This document shows positions 1-8,666 of a DNA stretch of 32,000 nucleotides, piece after piece. This DNA is from Candidatus Saccharimonadota bacterium (GTDB lineage: Bacteria; Patescibacteriota; Gracilibacteria; Absconditabacterales; Absconditicoccaceae). The position numbers and the translations under genes were made by a program. The stretch's first letter is position 1. Every line of letters begins with the position of its first letter. The stretch spans positions 540,001 through 572,000 of the forward strand of contig OZ246420.1 in the NCBI GenBank assembly GCA_965231145.1, read 5' to 3'. The notes below the pieces were generated by a model. It searched no databases and had not been told where the DNA came from. It worked only from the letters and a program-made list of their open reading frames with translations.

Positions 1-884
1 TGTTCAAGAACGCTTACATGCATTGCTCTATAGCCATTGTGTGGGTCACTGATAGTAAGTCTGTTAAAAACAAGCGTCACGAGCTTTGAACCTCGTAGTA
101 CTATCTTTCTTCCAAAAGGCATATTTTCCGCTTCTCCGCCCTTAATAAACCTCGATCCAAGAAATATTTTCGTCTCAGGATGTTTTGCTATCATCGCATG
201 AAACTCTTCCATATCGGAAATATCCATCTGTTGATCCGCATCATAGGTAATGATCCACTCTATATGCAATTCTTTCGCATGATGTCTCAAGAAATGTAAT
301 CCTGTCTTATTTGCAGCTCCTCCTCCTCTATTGATAGGATGTGAGATAACAACAATGGTTTTTTCTTTATATTTTTCCTGTTTCTTCTTGATTTCTTCGA
401 CCGTATTATCTGTACTACCATCATTGACTATCACGATAGTGCTGTAACCAGCACCGATGATCTCATCGATCACATACCCAATAGTTTTTTGTTCATTATA
501 TGCTCTTATGAGGAATGCATATTTTCCTTTTTCTCCATGATGAGCTCCATGCGAAGGCATAGCAGTACGCTCGATCGCAAGTGCACCGACGAGTCTTGTT
601 GTATGAAATTTCTGCTTCGTGAGTTCATTGAGCAGCTCAAAGTAAAAGTATCCTAAGACAATGAGTGCTCCATAGACAATAATATCTGCCACTCTTGCTA
701 CTCCAAATGTATTGGCAAATTTCTCCTGAAATCCTGGGTAGAAAAGCGATGCGAGGATGATAGCAGCTCCGCCGACAAATATAAGAAAATGGATGAAATT
801 AAGCTTTCTTCTCTGCAATCCATCTATAGCAAACAGCAAAAACAGTATACTGGCAATAATCAGTATAAAACTCAATGGACTCAT
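1..884 (-). CDS. Family 2 glycosyltransferase with an N-terminal DUF2304-like membrane segment; the C-terminus runs off the window start
   Basis: Reverse translation from ATG at 882-884 gives MSPLSFILIIASILFLLFAIDGLQRRKLNFIHFLIFVGGAAIILASLFYPG... (two hydrophobic helices). This is followed by AFLIRAYNEQKTIGYVIDEI..IVIVNDGSTDNT..ISHPINRGGGAANKTG..YDADQQ, which are GT2 motifs. It is missing from the ORF track because no stop lies inside the window. Confidence 0.75.
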   Translation of the reverse strand, partial: MSPLSFILIIASILFLLFAIDGLQRRKLNFIHFLIFVGGAAIILASLFYPGFQEKFANTFGVARVADIIVYGALIVLGYFYFELLNELTKQKFHTTRLVGALAIERTAMPSHGAHHGEKGKYAFLIRAYNEQKTIGYVIDEIIGAGYSTIVIVNDGSTDNTVEEIKKKQEKYKEKTIVVISHPINRGGGAANKTGLHFLRHHAKELHIEWIITYDADQQMDISDMEEFHAMIAKHPETKIFLGSRFIKGGEAENMPFGRKIVLRGSKLVTLVFNRLTISDPHNGYRAMHVSVLE

Positions 885-999
885 CTGTTTTTTTACAAAT
901 AAAAAAATCTACCAGTAATTGGAGATTTTTTAGTCATTTAGCCATAAATTGCAATGAAAAGCTTATGAACAGCCTAGGCTGATACGCTACACTTTTTAG

Positions 1000-2190
1000 C
1001 TATTTCTTATCTTTTATTTCAACGGTAAACGCTTGATCATACACTTTCACCTCTATCTTATCCCCTATCCCTAATCCCTCTATCCTTTTCTTAGTCATAT
1101 ATTCTCCATTGCTCAAGAGCAGTGCATAGCCACTTTGGAGCATCTTTTCTGGCGATGTCGCCATAATCGTCCCATACCAGCTGTTAATATGAAATCTTGT
1201 CTCACGGACAAAACGTCAGAGTTTTTCACTGATACTACTATTCCAGAGTTCAATATTATTTCTTATCTCTTCTTTCTTATTTTTTATATTTTGAGCAATA
1301 TTTTCATAGAGAGTAAGAAGATGTCCTTCCCACATCTGCATAAGCTCAATAAGTTTATATGCTCCATCGGTAGGAGTCTTCGCGCCATATCGAGCAATAT
1401 CCTGTAGAATAAACTTATCAGGCGTGTGACCAATAGCTACAATGACTGGCACTGGCATCAGACAGATTCCTTTAGCGATATTGAGATCGTTCTGCCAGAT
1501 CATACCACTACTCTCTCCACCTCCACGGATGATAGCGACAGCATCTATTTTCTTTCACGCTTTTATGTCAGCATAAATCTTTTGCAATTGTCCATGTACT
1601 TCGTCCATAGCGTTGTTTCCATGGATCGCACAGAAATAGTTCTCATACGCTACAGCATAACCACTATGTTTCATCACTGTTTGAAAGTCTTTGAGCCCTA
1701 CAGCCGTTTCTGAAGAGATAATAGCAACTGTATAAGATGGATATCATGGCTGAAGTTGCTTGTTATTGTACGCTATGCCGAGTTTCTGCAGTTCTAGAAG
1801 GATATCATCCTGTTTCTTTTGTAACTGCCCTATCGTAAACTCGGCGCTGAGTTCTTTAATCACTATGCTGAAGCCATGTTCCTGGTGAAAAGAAAAATAG
1901 CCATGAAACAGTATCTTTGCTCCGGCAAGTTCACTCAATGCGCGAAGCTTCGTATTTCTAAGAAATGCATGGACAATAGCCTCGTCGAAAATACAAGCTT
2001 TTGCCTTTGCTTTCACCTTGCCAGCTGCATCGTACTCAATAAGTTCTAGATAACTATATTTTCATTTTTGTTGCACTTTAATAAGTTCACTCGCACACCA
2101 AAAATCAAACCCTGCAAAAAGAGTCTTAAAGCCTTTATCTGCTATTTGTAATATGTCGGAGAGTTTGTATTCGATCATATCTTTAGGCAT
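1000..2190 (-). CDS. xseA: Exodeoxyribonuclease VII large subunit, rejoined across 4 in-frame TGA codons
   Basis: ORF fragments 1216-1503 and 1744-2016 plus flanking pieces share one frame. Motifs seen: QQK[TGA]KYSYLELIEYD (matches sGHxYFxLkD), IAIISSETAVGLKDF, DAVAIIRGGGESS, VPVIVAIGHTPDKFILQDIARYGAKTPT. The C-terminus LQSGYALL...GDKIEVKVYD ends at TAG (1000-1002). The start could be 2190 or 2178. Confidence 0.85.
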
Positions 2191-2245
2191 TTACAATAAA
2201 CTGACGACAATACTAATGGAAATCTTTCCATAGAAAAGAGGAAAA

Positions 2246-2272
2246 CAAAAAAGTCTCCGAAGAGACTCTTTT
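2246..2272. terminator. Bidirectional intrinsic terminator hairpin downstream of pyk
   Basis: Sequence aaaaaaGTCTCcgaaGAGACtctttt: a GC-containing stem flanked by an A-run and a T-run. On the minus strand it is followed by UUUUUUGUUUUCC. Confidence 0.55.
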
Positions 2273-2338
2273 CATGTTAATATAAATGATTACTCATTGT
2301 TTAATTTAGAATTCAACATTTAAAATTTAGAATTATTA

Positions 2339-3772
2339 TTAAATGTCCTTGAACTTATAAATTTCAATACCATTAATCAAATGTGCATTATTTTCATGGT
2401 CAATAACATCACTTGCGTGCATGATAAGAATTTTGTCATCCAGAGAAATATTTCCCTTAAAGATAATACGGATGATCTCTTTTCCGATACGTTTTACATT
2501 GTCGTAGTCAAATGTGTTTGAGATCTTATACCCCTTCACTGCCCAGAGAAGATTGAGATACTTATAGGTGTCGTCAGTCTTGGTGAAGGCAATAATAGGT
2601 ATACTTGGCTTGAGTGTTGAGATCCTTCCGACTGAGTAACCATTGTCTGTGAAACATATGATGGCTTTGATATCAAGCTCTTTCGAAGTTCTATATGCAT
2701 TGTAGATGATATAGTCAGTGATCTGTTTCTCCGCTCCGATATGTACATCATTCATCTCAAAGTTTGTTTCGAGATCCGCTTGGTATTTGATGATAGCATT
2801 ATACAGACCTGTGATCGCTTCGATAGGCTCATCACCGATCGCTGTCTCACTTCCCAGCATAAATGCATCTACTCCGCACTCCAGATATTCTTTTACCATA
2901 TCGGGCGCCAATGCGCTTGCAGGATCTTTCTTGCCAACTTTTTTGACGTAATTAGCAGACAAGATAAAGGGCTTACCATACTTATTACAAAGCCCAGCAA
3001 GCTTTTCTTCTGTCATATTTTTCTTAGCAGTCAGCATTTCAAGCTCACCCTTCTTAAGAAGTATTCCATCAGATGCATTGATGATCTGATCAAGGTTTTC
3101 TATCGCCTCTTTTGTCTCTATCTTTGAAATTACTTTTACATTTTTCCCATGGTGCTGGAGAAGAAATTCACGAAGTTCCAAAATATTATTTTCATCTTTC
3201 ACATATGAAACCACGAGAATATTTACTCCGGCTTGTATACCCCAGATAATATCCTTCTTATCCTTTTCTGTGATAAATGGAAGGATCGGCTTATAGTTCT
3301 TAAATGTCATTTTTCTTCCAGACTCAATAGTCCCTGACTCTACTACCTTACAGATAAGATGGTCTCCTTCGTTCTTATGTACTTTCAGCACTACATCAGA
3401 CTCATCAAAGCTCATCTCGGCACTCGTAGCGACATCAGCAAGTTCAGGATAGTCGAGAAAGAGTGTTCCTTTCTGCTCATCCTGATATTCTGAGTACTCG
3501 ATCTTTATCTGTTCACCTTTCTTCAACTTAAGAGGATCAACATTTTTTGCTCTGATTTCAGCTCCTTTCGTCTCAAGGATGATGGTCTTACTATTATCAA
3601 GCTTTAAGATGGTATCAATATATTTTTTCTTCTGATCATCAAAACCATGTGAAAGGTTGATACGGAAGACATCAACGAAGTTGATTACCTTTGAAAGCAC
3701 TGTTTCTTTCGCAAGTGAAGGACCAACGGTAGCAATTATTTTAGAGTAGTGGAATTGAGACATGTGATACAT
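2339..3772 (-). CDS. pyk: Pyruvate kinase homolog (divergent)
   Basis: Intact 477-aa ORF with no in-frame TGA. N-terminus KIIATVGPSLAKE..VDVFRINLSHG..ILETKGAEIR and ISKIETKEAIENLDQII.ASDGIL, plus ECGVDAFMLGSETAIGDEP, match the pyruvate kinase barrel. Confidence 0.85.
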   Translation of the reverse strand: MYHMSQFHYSKIIATVGPSLAKETVLSKVINFVDVFRINLSHGFDDQKKKYIDTILKLDNSKTIILETKGAEIRAKNVDPLKLKKGEQIKIEYSEYQDEQKGTLFLDYPELADVATSAEMSFDESDVVLKVHKNEGDHLICKVVESGTIESGRKMTFKNYKPILPFITEKDKKDIIWGIQAGVNILVVSYVKDENNILELREFLLQHHGKNVKVISKIETKEAIENLDQIINASDGILLKKGELEMLTAKKNMTEEKLAGLCNKYGKPFILSANYVKKVGKKDPASALAPDMVKEYLECGVDAFMLGSETAIGDEPIEAITGLYNAIIKYQADLETNFEMNDVHIGAEKQITDYIIYNAYRTSKELDIKAIICFTDNGYSVGRISTLKPSIPIIAFTKTDDTYKYLNLLWAVKGYKISNTFDYDNVKRIGKEIIRIIFKGNISLDDKILIMHASDVIDHENNAHLINGIEIYKFKDI

Positions 3773-3808
3773 TTCTATGTTATAGTATAAAACTTTTATC
3801 CCAAAATA

Positions 3809-4012
3809 TTATTTATCCGAGTCTTTTGTAATCATAAGTTTTTTTTCTAATCTTCCCTCTTGTTCCCATTTGATTTGCTTCTCCCTAGAAAGCAGAAGAC
3901 GTGCAATAGACTCTGCACATACTCTCATGATATTTGTTCTTCCCGACTGCAATCCTTTTTGCATAGTATGTACTACATAATCATCAGGTTCTCTGTTTTT
4001 CACAAGTGTCAT
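3809..4012 (-). CDS. Hypothetical small protein (67 aa)
   Basis: ORF closed by TAA on both sides, lying directly upstream of pyk on the same strand. No motif recognised. Confidence 0.4.
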   Translation of the reverse strand: MTLVKNREPDDYVVHTMQKGLQSGRTNIMRVCAESIARLLLSREKQIKWEQEGRLEKKLMITKDSDK

Positions 4013-4046
4013 GGTAGTATATTATCAAAGGATAAAGAATATTACT

Positions 4047-4640
4047 TTATTCTTCTACAAACATTTCACTTTTATGCTCTCTCAATAGCATTACCATCTC
4101 ATCCCATATCTCTTTCACAACGTCCGATAGCTGAACTTTCTGCTCTTTCGGAGGCAAAAGATCGTTCTCTAACGAAATGTTATTATCTTTTCGCCAGTAT
4201 CATCAGTCATTGTAGATATTCATGACAGGAAGTACTTTATCGAGAGCATAGACAAACTTTGATTCATCATCTTCCCTTTTTTCATATTCTTCTAGTCGTT
4301 TCCATAGCGGATGAGCTTCTGGAAATTCTTTATAAATACGTTCCATGGCTTCATGTTCTTTCTGTTCCTTTAAGATCTGTTTTTCATCTGATCTTTTCAG
4401 AGCACATACATCGCCGGCATACATTTCAGCAATATCATGAATGACACAGTATTGAAACACTTTTTCCAATGAGAGTGGCAAAGACTTTTGCTGAATAATG
4501 TACCACGCCAACATACTTATCTGCCAGCAGTGCTCAGCATCATTTTCTCTCCTTGGACTGTCAGAATAATAGATGCTACGTTCGACCTCTCTAAATTGAT
4601 TGAGGAATTTCGTAAAGGATAGTAGTTGTTCTATAGACAT
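4047..4640 (-). CDS. HD-domain phosphohydrolase (YfbR-like 5'-nucleotidase family), rejoined across a tandem TGA-TGA
   Basis: Motifs ENDAEHCWQISMLAW and VIHDIAEMYAGD give the H..HD..D pattern. The ORF-track fragment ends at 4203, but the frame continues through TGA TGA (4200-4205) for 50 more codons to TAA at 4047-4049. Confidence 0.8.
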
Positions 4641-4682
4641 TCATGCTGTGAAATGCTAAATGCTATTTTCATATTATGATCA

Positions 4683-6032
4683 TTAGCGTCTACGTCTTGC
4701 TCCTCTTTTTGCTCATCCAAATTTTCTTTTACTGTCTTTGTCTCATCTGAGCATAACATATTTTTCACGCTCTTCATCTACTTCTTCGTCATCGTAGACA
4801 TTGGTATCTTGAAATGACTCAGGAGCCATGTCGCTTATATCTCTCAGTGAGATACTCACACCAAGCTTCTTTTCGAGTGCTTGGATCTTCTCTCATCCTT
4901 TTCCAATAATCGATCCTTTATCTCACTCTTCGACATAGACGGTGATGCTTGCTATATCATTGACGACGATCGTTGCTTTCACGCCAAGCTTCTTTTGAAA
5001 GTACTCTTGGAGATAATATGTTGCAAAAGTATGTATAGGATTTGCTCACTTCTCTGCTCTCATAGAATCTACTTTGGCTGTTTCCATGACCACGATCTGT
5101 TCTCCAAATGAGTAGATCTCATACATGACTTTCTTTGAGAGAAATGATGAGACCTGGATAACCGGACGAGCAAGATCTTCTGACATCATACCATGTGGTA
5201 CTTTTACCATAAGATCCAACACGAGTACTTCATCTATCTTTCCTCCTTTGATGAAGATAACCGTATCGATAACCTGTGGTATGATACCAAGTTCCACATG
5301 TCCAACAAAACGCTGGATACTATCTACTGGCTTTGTTGCATGCGTCACTCCTATGAGTCCAATTCCTGTCAATCTTAGGTCAGCAAACAATTCAAAGTCT
5401 TCCTTATTTCTGACTTCATCGTAGAAAGCACAGTCAGGACGAGACAAGAGTAAGATGTCACGTACTTCGTCGTGCCCACCGTAAGTAAACGAATACTGTA
5501 CGACTTGATCGGGAACCATAAGATCACGAGGAGACTCAAGCGTCTTTACAATCTTGTTATCAGCAGTATATAATTCTGCAAGTGCCTGCGCAAATGTTGT
5601 TTTACCTTCACCTGGAGCTCCCGAGATAAGGATACCCTTGGCTGTTTTTCTGAGATGTTCTGCGAGATCGTGCTCGAGATTATAATCAGCAAATGAGAGT
5701 TTTTTGACCGGTCTTACTACCGTCATTTCGAGTCCGTCTGAAAGCGGCGGATAGACAACCACAACTCTGTAAGGTCCGAGCTGCAATACTTTTGAAAGTG
5801 GTTTATCTATTTCAAGAAACTGATCTTTACCAGATTGGGCTTCAAGGAAAAGAGTATGGATAAGTGCTTCAAGTTGTTCTTTAGCAAAAGGTGCACTTCC
5901 CACCTCTGCTTCCCAAGCGCCTGGGCGTCCTTTTTTCTTTAATATTGGAATTCATTCCTTAAAGTGAACTGACATGATTCATTCTGCAAAATACGCATCG
6001 AGCGCACTTCACGTAAGGGAAAATCACTGCAT
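4683..6032 (-). CDS. PilT/COG1855-like P-loop ATPase with a C-terminal KH domain, rejoined across TGA codons
   Basis: Walker A ILISGAPGEGKTTFAQAL. After the TGA at 5046-5048 the frame continues into VYVEE[TGA]DKGSIIGKG[TGA]EKIQALEKKLGV, a KH GXXG loop, and ends at TAA 4683-4685. The start is uncertain (ATG 6032, ATG 5975 or GTG 5903). Confidence 0.7.
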
Positions 6033-6043
6033 AGAGATAAGCT

Positions 6044-6100
6044 GAAAACTAAAGACCAAAAACTACAAACAGTTTTAGGTTTGAGTTTTTAGTTTTGGGT
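6044..6100. repeat. Imperfect AAAAC/GTTTT-rich palindrome, related to the copy at 19081-19144
   Basis: Sequence gaaaactaaagaccaaaaactacaaac|agttttaggtttgagtttttagttttgggt. The arms are roughly complementary and share word structure with the post-nusA element. Confidence 0.5.
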
Positions 6101-6178
6101 TGATAAGAGCGTCTTTATATTGATATTTCGCTAAAAATCAATAAAAAGCAGTAAATTTTATGTAAAAATGGCTTTCTT

Positions 6179-7309
6179 ATGCTGTTTCAGATATCATGAA
6201 TTAAAACCGTCCGTGAGACTCCACACAATATATCGTGTCTCATGGATGCGCCAGACGAAGCTTTAGTAAGAGACTTTTGTTGAAAAAACAGTATTGTTAT
6301 TTTTTCTGTTGTCCCATATGTGGGTCAGAAAGAAGCTTTTGGCAAAGTTTTTTTCAAAGTATCTTTCGGCAGTACAACATATGAGCTAGTCACCACTTTC
6401 GACAAGATCAATGAAGCGTATATGTTTTACGCAGAAGTTGGGTTAAGTATAAGCTATATTAATAACTTTGAACATCCGCTGACTGACACCGATGTGACAG
6501 AGGTGATGCAGAAACTCGAAGCAGGATTTTCAGATGCGCAAAAGAAAGTAAAGAAGGTTGAACCAACAGATATTGGCAATGTCGTCCTTGAAGCAGATCC
6601 TGAGTTAGAGAAAATGAAACGCATTGCATGACAAGCGCTGACGGATATTGCGGAGGTGAAGACAAAAGCAGGAAGCAGCTTTGCGATGAGAAAGCTGACA
6701 GACTTGAAATGACTAGAAGATGAACTCAGAAAAGTCAGGATGGGTTCAAATGTTCCAAAGATGCGCTCGCTCGTGAGTGAAAGCTATAGAATTATGGAAG
6801 AGATTGAGATGGAATATCTCAATCAGGCGCAAGCTGCAGAAACAAGTGTCATAGAAAATTCATTTGTGACACACCTGGATCTTGTTCGTGAATATGAAAA
6901 ATATGAAAAAGCCCAGAAAGTAAAATCAGGAAATTTGGAAAAAACTCCTTCGGATATGTATTATATTTTCTTTGGAAAACTCGGGATTTATCAGAGATTT
7001 TTAAGCAAAGATATTTCTACAAAACTTGGAGACCGGAGTAAGATACTCTATAATAGCATCGACCATCTGATCACATTTATCTTCATGTGTATCGTTTGGC
7101 TGACTATTTCATCAGTTTATCAGCACTATATCCTCAGACAAGAAGTATTCTTTTTCGCGTTTGTCGATTTTTGACTTATCGGAATGATCTTGCTCGTTAT
7201 TAATAAACTCAAAAAAGAAAGTATCACACAAATTTTAACCCTCTTTGGTATAGGCACCGTCGTCTATATTATCATAAGATATTTGCTCATCAACAACTTC
7301 GCTTTATAA
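6179..7309 (+). CDS. Hypothetical protein with C-terminal transmembrane helices, rejoined across TGA codons
   Basis: ORFs 6320-6631 and 6740-7174 are in the same frame (offset 420 nt). Read-through of TGA at 6629, 6698 and 7172 continues to TAA at 7307-7309. Hydrophobic C-terminus: ITFIFMCIVWLTISS.., GMILLVI.., LTLFGIGTVVYIII. The start is uncertain (ATG 6179, ATG 6242 or GTG 6320). Confidence 0.55.
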
Positions 7310-7321
7310 ATCTTCTCCTGC

Positions 7322-8662
7322 ATGACTCTTCTTCTTGGCGTTGTATCATTTGCATTCATCTGTTATTTTTTTGGCATCAATGCGTGGCTCGTTGGACTTC
7401 TGCCGCTCCTTTTTTTCATGCTGTTTGTTTACAATGTTGTTTCTCCGAAACATACAACCGGGACCCTCAAACAGTTCTTTAGTTCTCAGAGCTTTCTTAT
7501 CGCGTGGGGATTGATCCTTCTAGGGATCTATGGGATACTTACCTTTACCGGTATTGACTACTATGTGATCGGCATGATCCTCATCATGATTAATATCGCT
7601 GGATGGATCATCTCATTATTATCTCAATACGAAGATGGGAAAAACATCTTTCATATAGGTTATTATATGGCCCTCGGGATATTGCTCTGGAATGTTGCAG
7701 GCACCCAGCCGTGGATGACCACCCTATCGGTCATATTGCTTATGCCTATATTTACCTTTGGTATTTATAGCTTCATTGTCTTCGTACTCAGGATATGGGC
7801 GCCTATAGAAAAAGAGCGAGAGTCTATGACGTTTCTGCTGTTTCACTTAAGTATTATTTCATTTCTTGTTCAATTCTTCTTACATAACTTGTTCGTCGGA
7901 CTCGCACTGTCGCAAATCTATCTTCTCGTACTCTATCTGCTTATATCATTTGTTCACTCGTACGCCGATACTGATTTTGATCTGCCCGCCCCAAATGTAC
8001 GCGATATACTTGCAGGTAAAAAACTACTGGCTCGTAAAAAACCTCTCAAAATAGAAACTCTCCTCTACTTCAACAAGTTTCTCGAAAACATTTCACCTTC
8101 AATCAAAACAGCATTAAGCGGTCTCAATACGATCGTCATTATCACCATTATCTACTCATTTTTTACGGTAGGAAACCCTGAAGTACTTACCATGCAGATT
8201 CTCTACTGGTGTAGTATCTTAGTGTTTTTTGTGAACTTCCTGCTTCTGAAAAAGATTCGCTTTAACTATAAACTCCAGAGATACAGTGTTTTTTTCATCA
8301 TTCATTTCGCAGTGTATTTATGAATAGCTATTGGCGCTGGCTATCAGACACTTACCATGGCTATGTGTGGTATTGGGTGGAGCATTATCAGTTCAGGACT
8401 TATCTTCTATTCTGATTTTGCGATCAGAAACTGAATCCTCCAAAAGGAAGACTATAGTTACTGGATCGGAGCAAATATCCTTAGTATATTTATAAACATC
8501 TATCTCATCATCATACTGAAACTCCCAATCCAGCTTTCTTTCTCTATCATCTTTTTCTACTTGGGTATTGGATTTTTTCTTACGCTACAAACCATTAAAT
8601 TTGTCAAAAATACCTATCCCCCTACTCTTACGGTAGAAGAAATTTTGATGAAAATGGAATAG
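7322..8662 (+). CDS. Polytopic integral membrane protein (446 aa), rejoined across 2 TGA codons
   Basis: The 333-aa ORF is almost entirely hydrophobic helices. The frame continues past TGA 8321-8323 and a second TGA into further helices and ends at TAG 8660-8662. Confidence 0.65.
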
Positions 8663-8666
8663 AGCA

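Noticed and set aside
2536-3127. ORF-track entries antisense to, or out of frame with, pyk (2536-2751, 2718-2951, 2741-3127).
   Set aside because: They lie entirely within the well-supported pyk gene. Their sequences are low-complexity or compositionally odd, typical of shadow ORFs.
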